64,000 nt of DNA, taken from positions 167,664 to 231,663 of the forward strand of contig NW_005434563.1 in the NCBI RefSeq assembly GCF_000315625.1. Reading direction: 5' to 3'. The translations under genes and the position numbers were made by a program. Source of the stretch: Guillardia theta CCMP2712 (taxonomy: Eukaryota; Protista; Cryptophyta). Of the stretch, positions 10,998 through 23,394 are shown piece by piece (the stretch's first letter is position 1; each line of letters opens with the position of its first letter). Under the pieces are notes generated by a model that saw nothing but the letters and a program-made list of their open reading frames with translations, ran no database searches and was not told the DNA's origin.

Positions 10998-13900
10998 ATC
11001 CTGTTCCATGGTTAACAAAAGCCTTTTTTTCTCACTTGGATTGATGTCCTTCACGTCCGATGAATCTTGCATTCTTATTTCCTTTGGCTGGCTGTGAAAC
11101 AAACACTCAAAGGTTTTCCCAGCTTTCATGTCTCTTATTGTCGCTCAGGATCAACTGCAGTAGAAGAGAAAAAGTTGCAGCTGCTACTGAGGTCGATGGC
11201 CATGGTTTCAAAATTAAAGATCCTAACTCAAGACTTGTTCTAGTACATTCTTTTGTGTTTTGTTTCAGAACAATGTTTGCTTCCATCTACTGTTGTTTTC
11301 GCTTCCTTTCTCTTCAATCTAAGTTGTTTCCTCCCTCATCCTCATTCCATAGAGCATCATCAACTTGCATCTTCCAGTACGGTTTGTGCGGGCTGGCACA
11401 TTTTTTTTAGCTTAAATCTTTGAGTACTAAATCTTCATGGAAATCCGTACAATTTTATTAAGTAAAACTCAGTACCAGATAAATCCGGTATCAAATAGAG
11501 CCGGCTCGGACGGGGCCGGCATCTCTGTCAGTGATTTCAGTGAGGCAGGTCTGTTCCGTTTCAAGGAGGTCCAACGGTGATCAAAATAGTCAAAATAGTC
11601 AAAGTGGTCAAAATGGAATCCTGTGTTCGCCATGGCACTCCCATGGCCTTGGGAATTGAAACCAAATTTTCAACCAAATCATCTGTAATTTTCAAAGTGA
11701 AAAACAGTACTCTGAAATAGACTCCACGGTGTAAAGGTCGCAACGGAGCTGCTCTATCTTTAACTCCTAATGCGACCATGGGAAGAAGTGGGGTAGTCAA
11801 TGTGTTATAACAGGGGGTACATCGAATAATTTCATGGAATCAAGGCAAATGTTTTGCAAAATTTTCTTGGAGGGGTCCATTTGTTGAGGTCTTATAGGGT
11901 ACATCTGAATCATAACTGATCAAACTTTGGAAAATCCCAAAGTTAGTCTGGAAATATCTTCGAGAGGGGTACAATGGAACAGTTGTAGCTTCTTGCACAG
12001 GTGGGGTGGTCCAATGCGTCCAAAGAAGGGGAATGCTTCTCCACATCAAGGCCAGCCAGGAGTGCTCTTGAAGGGGGTGGGGGTACAGCAAGTTTCCAAT
12101 TTGGGTACATTTGTCCGTTAAGGGGCTGAGATGACCCGGGTGGAAAAAGGGGATACCAGGGGTAGAAGTACACCTATGGTAACATGTAGCCCTTCTTGTC
12201 CCCATATCCCGATGTGACCTTTCGGAGCCTGTATGGAAGTAGCTAATGTGTAGGGGTACTCCAAATTTGGTAGGGGTGTCGAGGCCGTAGAAGGGGTACT
12301 CTTGAGGGGGTCAAAGTTTTTGAAGCAGAATGAAACGATAAAGGTGTGCACCTTGCAATTATTTGCTATAGTTACAATTGAGAATAATGCTTGCTTTGCC
12401 ATGGTACGAAATTGAAAAGCTCCCTCGGTGGTTTGATCCACTTTGAGTACCCTTCTAAAAATCCGACCTCCAACTGCTATCTAAAGTAGCCCAATTTCTG
12501 ACCACCCTACCCCCCTTTCACCAGTTAACTGATGGTCAACTTCCGGGGAAGCGATAAATGTTTGATTGAAAGGGATACGAAGGGGTACTTCTGTGGGGAA
12601 ATGACGGGTGGAACAATTTGGGAGAATATCTACCAAAATTAGGTCATTTAGTTCCACCCCCTCGACGACGAAAAAAAATGGGGCCGGGACCGGGTCAGTG
12701 GAGACTTCCGACGACCCCCTGAGAGGGTCAAATCAGGGATGTCGGTTGCCTGGGGGTAGGCTGGGGGTAGGGTGGAGTCCCTTGTCCCCTGATGACCAGG
12801 GGCCTGTAGTAAACTGAATTTGACCGGGTCAAAGTTGTTTACAACATTGGTCAGCAGGAAAGGGGCCCCCAGTGGGGTAGGGTGAAAATATTATAGAGAT
12901 AACCGGTACCAAAAAGAATTTGTTTGGGGGTAGGGGTACATATCTGGGAGGGTGGGGTGGTTGCCTATATATTCCCCGTCGAAACATTTCGCCACCATCG
13001 CAGTTTTTGCCTGACATCTTCGTCTGTCCGTATCTCTTCCTCCTCCTGCTGCCGTCTATCCTTGAGCTTCTCCGCCACTCTATTCATCCTCCTCAGACTC
13101 TCTTCGTTCCTCCAGTCTCCTTCCTCCTCCATACTTTCCTTCTTTCTTCCAAATTCTCAAGTACCCTTTCTGCAAGATGTACCAAAGGCTCCAGTTGATC
13201 CTCTTCGTTCTCATTTCCTTCGCTATCGTTTCATGTATGGGATCTTCTTACCATTCGGAAGATTTTCCTCTGCGAGGAAGACAGCTTCTCCGTCAAGACT
13301 CATACTCCCCAACATGTACCCCGAGCAAGGAGCGCGTTTCGCGCCTTCAGCGGTATCCCTCACCCACGGGCAGGGACAGCCGATGGAGGTTTGACTTGTC
13401 ATGCACTCTCGACACGGCCATGGCATCAACGTCCGACTTTCTTGAGAGCGAAGAGAGCGGATGCAGCAAGTATGCTCACAACAGCGGCTTGCGTTCTGCA
13501 ATGGGACAAGTGAATATCTAAAGGCCCAGCCAGCGTGTTCAGTAATCAGTACAGCCATGCAGCCGACCAACAGGACGGCGCGGCGTTGTTTCCATAGATG
13601 AGATGTAAATACAGTTGTTAATACATTAGTGTTGTGATCAAAAGTTGTGCGTCCCAGAGAGGGGTGAGTGGGTTGAGTGGTGACAGAGGTGCTGGCAGGC
13701 AACGTTGATGCAATGAGAAGATGCGAAAGAGGAAGAGATACATCTGAAGGACAATCAGACAATCGAGAAGAATTCACTTCAGGTCACCATCAGGTATCTT
13801 GGAGAACACTTCAGGCCAAATTGGTGACGCATCAGTCACAGTCCGCCTCTCTTATGAATCATGGGGGTTTGGTGATGAAACCTGTGTGTGTACATGTCTT

Positions 13901-14184
13901 TGCCTGCAACCTCCTTGGCCATTGAACATTGTTGGAACTTAACCTTATTAGCTTTGAAGTCGAAAGAGGATCGAATATTGATTCATTGCACGCTATTCGC
14001 TGTAATACTGATGCATTGCTCGCTATTACAGAGTAGCAATGTATCTCAAGTAAACCTGTTGTGAACATAGCACAAAAGGAAAACAAATTCAAAAGTTTTG
14101 TTGGAAACTAAATTGTTAAAGCAAAAGAATATACAGTACACGAGTTCGAGATTCGTGAGAAAGGTGTCTAGAGTACATGTCATA

Positions 14185-15945
14185 TCATGTGCTGACCACG
14201 AGGCTCGCCAAGTCCCTGCATGTTAGTCAGCACCCAATCAACCTTTCATAGATCAACATACCTGCAAGCCTGTCCCCCATGCTTCTTGTTAAATGTTTTC
14301 CTCATCGAGTACTTGGGATCGGGGACGAAATGTGGGTTGAATTCTGAGGTCTCCAAGGGAAAGCCGCGGAGGTTTCTTGGCGAGTCGATACTGAGGGACG
14401 ATGGCTCGCATGGAAGAGATATGGCACGATCCCGCCTGCACAAGAACGATCGTCAGGCATGCAGGAGGAGCGGCAGTGAAGGAGGCACCTGGGCGGGGAA
14501 TAACCCCTGGAAGAGTCGTCGTCGTGTATCTTCTTCAAGATGACAGTAACATCCTGCATGCTCAGGTCACACGTTCCGCAAGAAAGAGTGCGAGGAATTT
14601 ACCTGATCAAGTTTAGTCAAATCCAAGCTCGAAGAGTAGGAGCTCGACTGCTGGCGACGGCTGGGACGAAGCATAAGCCGGGCGGCGGCAGGACAACACA
14701 GTGAAAGGTCCATACCTCCTACGAGCTGTGTGTGGTCGAGGACGAGGTTCCTCCTTCTTCTTCCTAGCCTTCATCATAGACAAGATTCCATGAACTGTCT
14801 CCTCCTCTTCCTGTGTTCTCATTCAACCACACTGCGAGCCCATTCACTGTTGATGACTGACCTCCACCTTCTCTTCATGGCCCAGAAGCGCAGCAGGAAC
14901 GGATTTTAGAGACTCTGGAAAGAATCTCCTCAAGAATGTTGCAAGAACCTGCAGAAATAAGATCACAAACGAAGCCTGAAGTATCAGTACTCACCCTCTC
15001 CAACTTGATCTGCCGCAGATCCGTCTGGCGAAACGTGATTGGACAGTACACGATGGCATTGGACGAATTCTTGAGCGCACAAGCCCAGCAGCAGATTCTT
15101 CCTCCTTGCAAGATGACGGCGTTGGTAACCGTGTGAGTACAGAAGGGGCAGATATGAGGCGACCAGGTGGTCGGGACCTCAACGTGCGACGAAGGGGACA
15201 AGCAGTACTGGAGACGCTCTGCCAGCAGCTCCATCTCTGTGATCACCGAGTAGAGCTCCGACATGTGAAACATCGGAAGCGTCGACACTACCGCCATGAC
15301 CTCATCGCATGTAGCCTGCGACGAGTGCCGCTGGAGCAGCTTCACTGCAGCGGCAGAGTTGAGGATAGCGAAGTTACGGATGGAGTCAATGTAGGTGAGG
15401 AGCTGCAGCCATTCTCTGAGCGCCGTCTGCAGAGCTCCTTCCTCCAGCCGGCTCATGAAGCAGTCGTTGACAAAGTCGGAGAGGGTTATCACTCCCTTCT
15501 TCTCCTTGCAGCCCGACTTCCAAATCTCGAAGAAATCTCGCACGAAGTCGAGATCCTCTTCCGACATGCTCCGATCATCCTCAAAGTGAATTGCAGCCCA
15601 GAGATGATCGGTGCTTGTTGTCGGGCTCTTGCCGAGCATCTTGGTGTATCCTCGTCCCATGGCCGGGGGCAAGTGCTTTGCCTCCCTCTCCAAATGAACC
15701 TCGGCCACAGCATCTACGGCCTTGCTCACATCCTCAAGGCATTCTTTGACATGTGTCTCCTTGGTGAGGTAGAAGTTGTTGGCCTGCTCTATAGCAACTG
15801 TGAGATGGAACTTGAACACCATCTCTAACTCTTCATCATAGTCTCCAACCAGATTTTCAGCTTCGCGTTGCAGGTCTTTATAGCAGATGCAGTGAGTCTG
15901 CCATTCATAGGACAGCTCCGTGGCAAATCGTCGAGTCAAAGGCAT
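14185..15945 (-). CDS. SPX domain + RING/U-box-like protein (NLA/BAH1-type architecture), multi-exon
   Basis: SPX signatures EWQTHCICYKDLQR, IEQANNFYLTKE and IRNFAILNSAAAVKLLQRH, then CPFC...CWAC...CPIT. Intron at ~14951-14993 and several more short introns; 3' end approximate. Confidence 0.8.
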
Positions 15946-18223
15946 CAGGTAAGAAGACTCGACAGTACAAGCTCAAGATCTCCTCAACTCAGTGACTTTT
16001 GACAAGTATTCCAAATCGAGTGGACTAGAATTCAATCTTGTTCCTTGAAGGCCCAAAGGTTGATGGTAGGCAAACTTAGCGAAAGAGGCTCAGCTAAGCT
16101 GCCTGCTCAGCACAGACATCTAGGTGGACGAAGCTAGTCGGTGAAAGCGCGAGCAAGTTGAACCGCAACTTACGGATCGTCGAATCCTGTTTCAAAAGTT
16201 TCGTGCTGCAACACCGCAGCTCGGATACTTTTATGGAGTAAGAATGCCCTGAGGGAGAGGAGAGAAGAGGAAGACAAGCGGTGCTGATGAGGGGTGTACG
16301 TAAGTGTGTGGTGAAGGAGGAGGAGGAGGAGGAGGGTGGTAGGCGGCGGGGAGGCAACGAGGAATAAGGATGGAGTTTGGAGAGGGAAACAGCAGGGGGG
16401 CGGAGTCAGGGGAGGTAGAGGAGGAGGAAAATAATACGCGAAGGGGGGGTAGGGGGAGGGTGTTGGGTTCTCTTGATGGGGGTAGTTTACCTTGAAATGA
16501 CGGGTACTATTATGAATGAAGGGGGTGAGGGTCGAGTGTCGGGGAGAGGGGTGGTTAGACAAGTTTGGGTCGGGTGGGCTTGTTTTTTAAAAAGAGAATT
16601 TAGAGAACTTTCTGACGTTGGTGGTCAACAGGTCGTGAATTTTACTCTTGTAAAATATGGAATGCAATCAATTCGTCCATAAAATATATAAATGTCAGAC
16701 AATTATTTTTAACTTCAATTCTTGATACATCTCAGGAACAGATTACATTTTATGATAATTCACAAAGAGTACTGAATCACAAACCTACATACATAACATA
16801 CATCTGTTTTAGGAATAGTGGAATGTTGACCCAATAATTTGCAACCCTCACATCTATGGACTAAACAAAAAGAATAGAGCGCAAAATGATGAATAGAGCG
16901 CCCACCCTCCTTCAGTGACGTACCATCAATCTGGCCCTATCACTAGACACTACAAGAAGTCTCTTTCCTGCCTCTTGTTATTTTGCTAATCTATTAAGAT
17001 AGTCGTTCTGAATCAAAATACCACCCCCACCCCTGTGATCTTAATTTTTTTATCTTCCTGGGGCCTCAAGATTCAAAGATCCCTTGTAAGAGTGAGAAGT
17101 AAACTTTTCAAGCTCCTTCTGTATCAGAATGTATTCTTTTCACCTCCTGGGCCTCCGGGCAGCCCTCTAAAACGATTTTAGAGATGAGGCCCACTTTCTC
17201 AAACCGAATCTTCTCGTTCTGATACAGCCCCAAAAAGTTTTCCTATGACCCCAGCGTACCGAAGGCTAAGACCGCAGATCTGACCCCTATGTACCTACTT
17301 ACGGTTTTCTCTATGAATAGGTCTAGGAAGGTTGCTAGGACCGTGTACAAATCAAATTAGCTGGCTAACAATATTTTGTAAATTGCGAGATCACTCCTTT
17401 TCGATTTCAGTTTGCTGGAGCAGTTGACCTCTACCCCATCCTTTAACTAAAAGTTGAGGGTGCTAAGGGGGTAGGGTACAGAGCCGAAAGTTCCTCTGTA
17501 ACTCATCGCCCTCACTCACATCCAGCTTCCGGGCCCGGTCCTGGGCCCGGTCACCGGACTTTTATAGGTCTTTGCAGAAACTGAAAGACTAAATGCTATC
17601 TAGATGGCGGGGTGTGTGGTGTATGGCGGCGCTGTGACATCGCTGATGGTAGCTAGAGGCGAGCAGTAAGGTGGTGAAGAGAAGGGAGAAGGAGAGGTAG
17701 AAGAGAGAAGAAGTCAGGGGCAAGCGAAGAATCCAAGTAGAGAACTGAGGACGAAGCTTGGATGTGTGACTGAGATACGAGAGGAATCTCTTGGATGCGG
17801 TTTTCAGTCAGTCAGCAGCGGAAGAACACAAAACGGCAAAGGATTACGAGGGTTGGCTGTGAAAAGTAATGATGAGAAGATGTAGGGGGGTCAGATAGGC
17901 GCTCACCTTATATATGGGACATGCCAATGAACAGTCGGTTGAAAGTCAAGAGGACGAGGGGTGGTACAGTGGGGAAGGATAGGAATACATCATACGTGCC
18001 TGAGTGGAACAAAGAGAAGGAAAGGAGAATTAAAGGAAGAATCGTGGCTGCTAGGAAAAAAGAGGGGCGGATTTGAATCTGGAACAGCTATCATCCCGTT
18101 TTTTTTGTTGTTGGAAACTTCTTGTGAAGATTGCTTGAATTCAGTCGAGTCCGATCTCCTATTGCGTCTTCAAACCGCATGTTGCTGCTCTATGTTGTCA
18201 TAACGAGGAGATGTCAGGGGGCG

Positions 18224-18913
18224 ATGGAAGGCTTTGCAGAGTATTCGAGCGACTCGGACGGTGCGAGCATGGAAATGGAGGAGGGGCAGGAGTTCCAGCC
18301 TCCTCCAGCATGGCAACAGGACGACGACGATGACGACAAGGAAGAAGAAGAGGAGACGGAGAACAAGGATAGAGGAGAGGGGAGGGATGCGTCAGAAACT
18401 TCGAAGGATCTTGAGGAGGCTGAATCAGCGCAGAAGAAACGCAGGCTGCTTCCGAACCCTCTCGACGCGCTTTCCAACGCCACGACCTCGTTCCTCGCGG
18501 CTAGGGAGGAGCAGGAGAAAGAGGAGGAGCTGGAGGATGGAAAAGTTGCGGAGCCTGCGAGGTCGTTGAGGTGTGTGGTGATCACGTGAAACTTACGACT
18601 TGCACTCAGTGGCTCAAACAAGAAGCGGGAAGAGAGCGAAGACAAGCCGGTCGAGGCTCCTCCGACAGCCCCAACGGATGCCCCGGCCTTGTCACGAAAG
18701 GAGATATTTGACAAGAAGAAGGAATCAACACGGCAGAAGAACACTAGTACGCTTCTTTCTCCTTCTCCTTCTCTCCTTCCTTGGGCGGCATTCTCCCATT
18801 GTGACTCTTCATTGTTCTTCTCACTGTCCTCGACAGGAAAGCAGAAGTTCGGGCAGGCAAATTTCACCATCAAGGATAATCGCGAGTGTCCCAGCATGTG
18901 GAACCCCAAGTGA
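18224..18913 (+). CDS. Acidic/basic hypothetical (probably nuclear) protein, 3 exons
   Basis: MEGFAEYSSDSD...KKRRLLPNPLDAL. Spliced end reads KKKESTRQKNTRKQKFGQANFTIKDNRECPSMWNPK*. Confidence 0.6.
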
Positions 18914-19016
18914 CGTGTGCAGGAGCAGGAGCAGGAGCAGGAGAAGGAGAAGGAGAAGGAAAAGGAGAAGGAAGAGGAAGAGACAGGACGAAAACGTTTG
19001 GTGTTTGAATTATTTA

Positions 19017-20115
19017 TCACACAGGCTGCTGGAGCCACTTCGCCCCTTGCCCCTTGTAAGGATCCTTCCCATCCTGCGAGTTGAAATCCATCAGCAGAGG
19101 AGCAAGCGAGTTTGACAAGAACGGGAGGAGAACAAGTAGAGCATCAAGTAGAGCAGTGGTTGTGAGTAGAGCTGTAGTTAGAGCACAAGTAGACCACTGC
19201 TCTACTTGTGCTCTAACTACAGCTCTACTCTTGTGTTCTAGAACTACAGGAGGAGCAGGAGGCATTGGACGGCAAAGACGTGGAGGATGAAAAGGGATAT
19301 CGACGACAGCTGCGATATCGACCACAGCAGTGCTTGATTGAGAGTTTTAACCTGTTGGAACTTTGAAGATGCTCGATTGAAGCCCCTCTCTCTGCCGAGC
19401 AAGTGATAAGATAAGGAAAGGAGAAAGGAGTAGAAGGAGCAGGAGGAGCAGCACCTGTTGTGCCAACAGCACGCCACTGCCCCCGCTCCTCCTAGAATCA
19501 CGGTCCCCGCCACACTCGCCAGGACGATCATGGCATACTGAGGTCGAGGAGGTGGACAACAAGGGAGAAAGGCGTCAGAGGCGAACACGGAGAGAAGAAA
19601 TAGGGGAAGAAGCGGAGGAAGTGCAGGTGATAGGAGGAGAAAGGAAGCAGGGAGTGGAGGTAGAGACCTTGAGCTGTCTGGGTCCATCGTCTTTGAGCAC
19701 ATCATCAATCTCACTCTCTGGCACGTCGTCCCATCTGAGAGCTCTCTTCTTGAGCTCCTTCCTCCTTCGTCTTCTCCTCCCCTTCACACTTCGTCTTCCC
19801 CTCCCCCCCGCCACATCTCTCCTCCCTCTTACCGCTTCCCAAGGCGCTCATGAACGATGGTTATGTTTCGCTTCTGCGCTTTTCTCCCCTGCAAGACACG
19901 CGTGTTAGTCTATGCTCAAGGATATGGTGGATGGACCAAAAGAATGTTTTTGTTTGCATGATTTGACGTTGCTCGGCTCTGGTTCTATCGGCAAGTTAGC
20001 GAGCAGGAGAGGAAGACAGGACAAGCATCACCAGCCCATCAACTTGCTCAAGGTTCAACACTGAGAGCATGCAGAGGACGAGGCAGACAGCCATCTCGTT
20101 GATGGAGCCGCCCAT
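19017..20115 (-). CDS. Small signal-peptide, single-TM hypothetical protein, multi-exon
   Basis: MGGSINEMAVCLVLCMLSVLNL signal-like start; exons ELKKRALRWDDVPESEIDDVLK and the TM segment YAMIVLASVAGTVILGGAGAVACCW; last exon ...AKWLQQPV*. Confidence 0.5.
19164..19230. repeat. Perfect 30-bp inverted repeat with 7-nt loop
   Basis: gagtagagctgtagttagagcacaagtaga (19164-19193) is the exact reverse complement of 19201-19230. Confidence 0.95.
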
Positions 20116-20700
20116 CCCCTCCACGGAATGCCCTGCAAAGAATTTTACAGTCAGGTGGGTGGGAGACTAGGGCGCTTCGTGAAGTCAGGCTCATAAACCT
20201 TCTCTTCACATGTTTTTGAAAGCAAGATATCATAGCACATCAGCAGTTGATCTCGTCGTAAAGAGCAGAAGCAGGAGCTTTCTGAAGTTCATGTGGTGAA
20301 CAACCCAGTTACAATGTCATGTACATGTCCTAGGGCAGAGCTGTCACATCGCACCTTCATACAGCTCTATCGTCTAACACAGCGATCGCTTCGCTCTGTC
20401 TCGTCACTCTTCTTCTATTCCTTGTCTTCCTAGTAGTCACTTTGTGTTTCTTTTTTCGCTCTTTTTTTTTCCTTCGTCACTCTCATAGCGCATCCTGTTC
20501 GGGCCCAAGCAATCCTGGGACCAGCAATGCTAAAAAATATTCTTTATCTTTGAAAACAACAAGAAAAATTTCAATTTCTTTCAGCTACCAGGTTGAATTG
20601 CTATTTGGGAATCCGTTTTTCTTTGGCAAGTCGTTACGAGCCGTTACATCAAGATTTGACCGTTACATGCCCTTGCATTCGTTACAGGCGAAGAGACAGC

Positions 20701-23177
20701 ATGGCTGGCATGGCTATGCCGCTGGCGGCGCTTCCTGCGCGCGCAGCTCTGAGCCCCGCGTCCTCCTCCTCCTCCTCCTCCTCTCGCAAGCGATCACCAT
20801 GGTTCGCGCTGCTCTCGACAGCAGCGCTGCTCATCGTGACCGCGGTTGCCTTGGTCCGCATCCACCCCATGGAGAGCCGTCAGGACGTGCTTGTGTCCTC
20901 GGGGAACCTCTTTGAGACCGCCCTCGCATCACAGCGACGAGATCATGCGAAGAAGCTCAAGGAGGAGGAGAAGGCGAAGAGAGACATGCGGGAGAAGATC
21001 GATCACGACGAGGGCGTTCATCATCATAAGCACCTGTCCGATGCTGCCCTGCTTCGTCAGGCTGTGAAGGCGCAGCAGCGAGACGAGATCAAGGTACCCC
21101 TCATCCAGGCACTTAGGACCCCCTCCATTTCCCCTCCCACCCCTCCATTCCTTCCTTGCCCCTTTCACACGCTTGGTGGGACCTGAATCGACCACAAAGA
21201 AGTGTTTGTCTTGCCTTCATGTAAGCTAGGGCAGGGTGACAGGGCGCGGTTGAGCGCATGCACAGGCTGAAAGGGAGAGAAGGGTGTAGAGCAACAGGAG
21301 AGGTTCTGGTGCTGTGATCTCAGAGGAAACGAGCTCCAGTGGTGGTTCTGTCCCAGCCTTTTTGTTGATTATTTCACTTCCCACTCCGCTCCCTAGGTGT
21401 CTGAGCAGGAGCTTTCCTTTCCCCCCTTACCGTCTCACTCTTCCTCCTCGTTCTTCTCTGCCCTTCTCCCCCCCTTCCTCATCTAGTCAGGGCCTTCAGG
21501 GCTCTGAAGTTTCAGCAGGCGCGCAAGGAAGCCGCGAGCATGAAGCAGCAGCTGAAGAAGAGGAGCGCGAGCGCAATGCCTACCCGGCACGAGTCTCTCT
21601 CGGACGCGAAGCTATACCAGGTGGAGGAGGCAGCATGCCGGAGCCTCAGTCCCTGACGTCTCTCAGGATGCCCTCAAGGAGCAGAAGGAGGACCGGCAGA
21701 AGGTCAAGACGGAGACTAAGAAGACAGCTGCTGTTCAGGCGAAGAAGATCCAGGTAGGAGAAGTCTCAGTGAGATTGGATGGAGATGATGACGACGATTA
21801 TGATGATGATGACGATGACGATGACGACGACGACGATGATGATGATGATGGTGTTATGTGCAACTAAGGCGCTACTTGCAAATGCGTCTCTTCTGATTGT
21901 TTCCCTTCAGAAGTTGAAGGACATGAAGAAGGCAGAGCAGCAGAAGAAACTTCAGGCCGAACTCAAGTTCATCATCAGCGCCTCGGACGTGAGCAGTAAG
22001 AAGGTGATTCTTGCACTGCCTCCCATGCTGTGCAGCCGACACTGACATGAGAAGCAGAGCGTCAAGCATACTGCAGTCGCACATCCACCAGTCAAGGTAC
22101 TTCAAGAATTCGTTTCACGCTTCTCTCTCCTCCTCCCTCCCCTTCCATGTTTCCTCCTCCTTCTCCTCCTCCTCCTCCCTGATACCCTCCCCCTCCTCTT
22201 CCGTATTCCTTGATCGGACTCCTCCTCGCTCTCCTCCCTCCTTCCTTCTACCTCTCCCTGCCTCCTGTTCGCTTCTCTCCCCTCCCCCTCCTTTTCTTTG
22301 ACTTTGTGCTAGAAGCATTCGGCTGCTCATCACAAGTCGCACGGAGACGATGTACGAGCGTCGCCTCTGCTCCTCCCTCCTCTCACTCCCTCGCAGCTGC
22401 TGGACAAGAAGGGGGAGATGAACCTCGTCAAGTATCTCGACAGTCAAACAGGGTCGAGGGTGAGTAAGAAGAGGGAGAACAGGATGAGGCCGGAGGGGAA
22501 GCGGGGGTATGAACAGAGAGCAGAGGTCTGCAGCTTCGTGTACGGAGGACAGAGAGAGTGGAGGCAGTGGGGAATCATGGGAGAATGGGAAGGAGGTGAA
22601 GGGAGGACAGGAGGAGCCATGGGAGGAGGAGCGATTGGGATGCTGAATGAGGGGCAGGCAAAGCCTGTGATCTCGGAGCAGGACGTCACTCGAGAGAAAC
22701 TGCGCAAGGAGGCCGCGGAGAAGAAAGCTGAGGAGGCCAAGGTGAAGAAGCGACATATTACTTTCCCCCTTAGCTCCTTTGAACGTCTTCGACCCTCCTC
22801 CTCCTTCTGCTACTCCTCCTCCAAATTCTTCCTTTCCTTCACCCTCCTTCTTTCCAACCTCATCATCATTTCCATCCTCTTGGTCCTCCCCTTGCCTTCT
22901 CTCTGCTTCAATTAACGTCCTCATGGCAGAGGAAGATGAAGTCTATCGTGCGGCTAGCGACCAAGTACCACGTCTCGAGCAAGCACAGGAAGGCTAAGGG
23001 CGACTGGGCGAGGAAGGCGATGTATGCTGCTGACGTGTCACTCGCGGGGAAGAAGAGCAAACGATCCTACATGAGGTGAGCTGAACCCCAGCTGGACTCG
23101 ACCTGAGCTGCTGCAGGGCTGAGTTTGCACGTGCGAACGCGATCGAGGACTCGCTGCTGAACTCGAAGCTTCGCTAG
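20701..23177 (+). CDS. Type II membrane-anchored, Lys/Glu-rich coiled-coil hypothetical protein, multi-exon
   Basis: N-terminal TM PWFALLSTAALLIVTAVALV, multiple charged helical exons bounded by GT-AG, and last exon ...NAIEDSLLNSKLR*. Confidence 0.6.
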
Positions 23178-23394
23178 AGCTGGAGAGGAAGAGAAGATGC
23201 GCATGGAGGAGGAGGAAGAAGAGAGGACAGGGGGGTATGGGAAGGAGGAAGCAGGGAGAGAGGTGCTAAGGAGGAGTCGATAGGAGTCAACTTTTGAATT
23301 TTTGCTGATCTTGCGTGAGCTGAGAACAAGGACGTTCGTCTCCCTTGCTCTGCCCTCTCCTAGTCTACACGAGGCCTCGACTGCCTCCAGCTAT

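Noticed and set aside
12960-13780. Possible minus-strand gene with acidic/charged exons
   Set aside because: Coding-like patches exist, but I could not build a consistent spliced frame.
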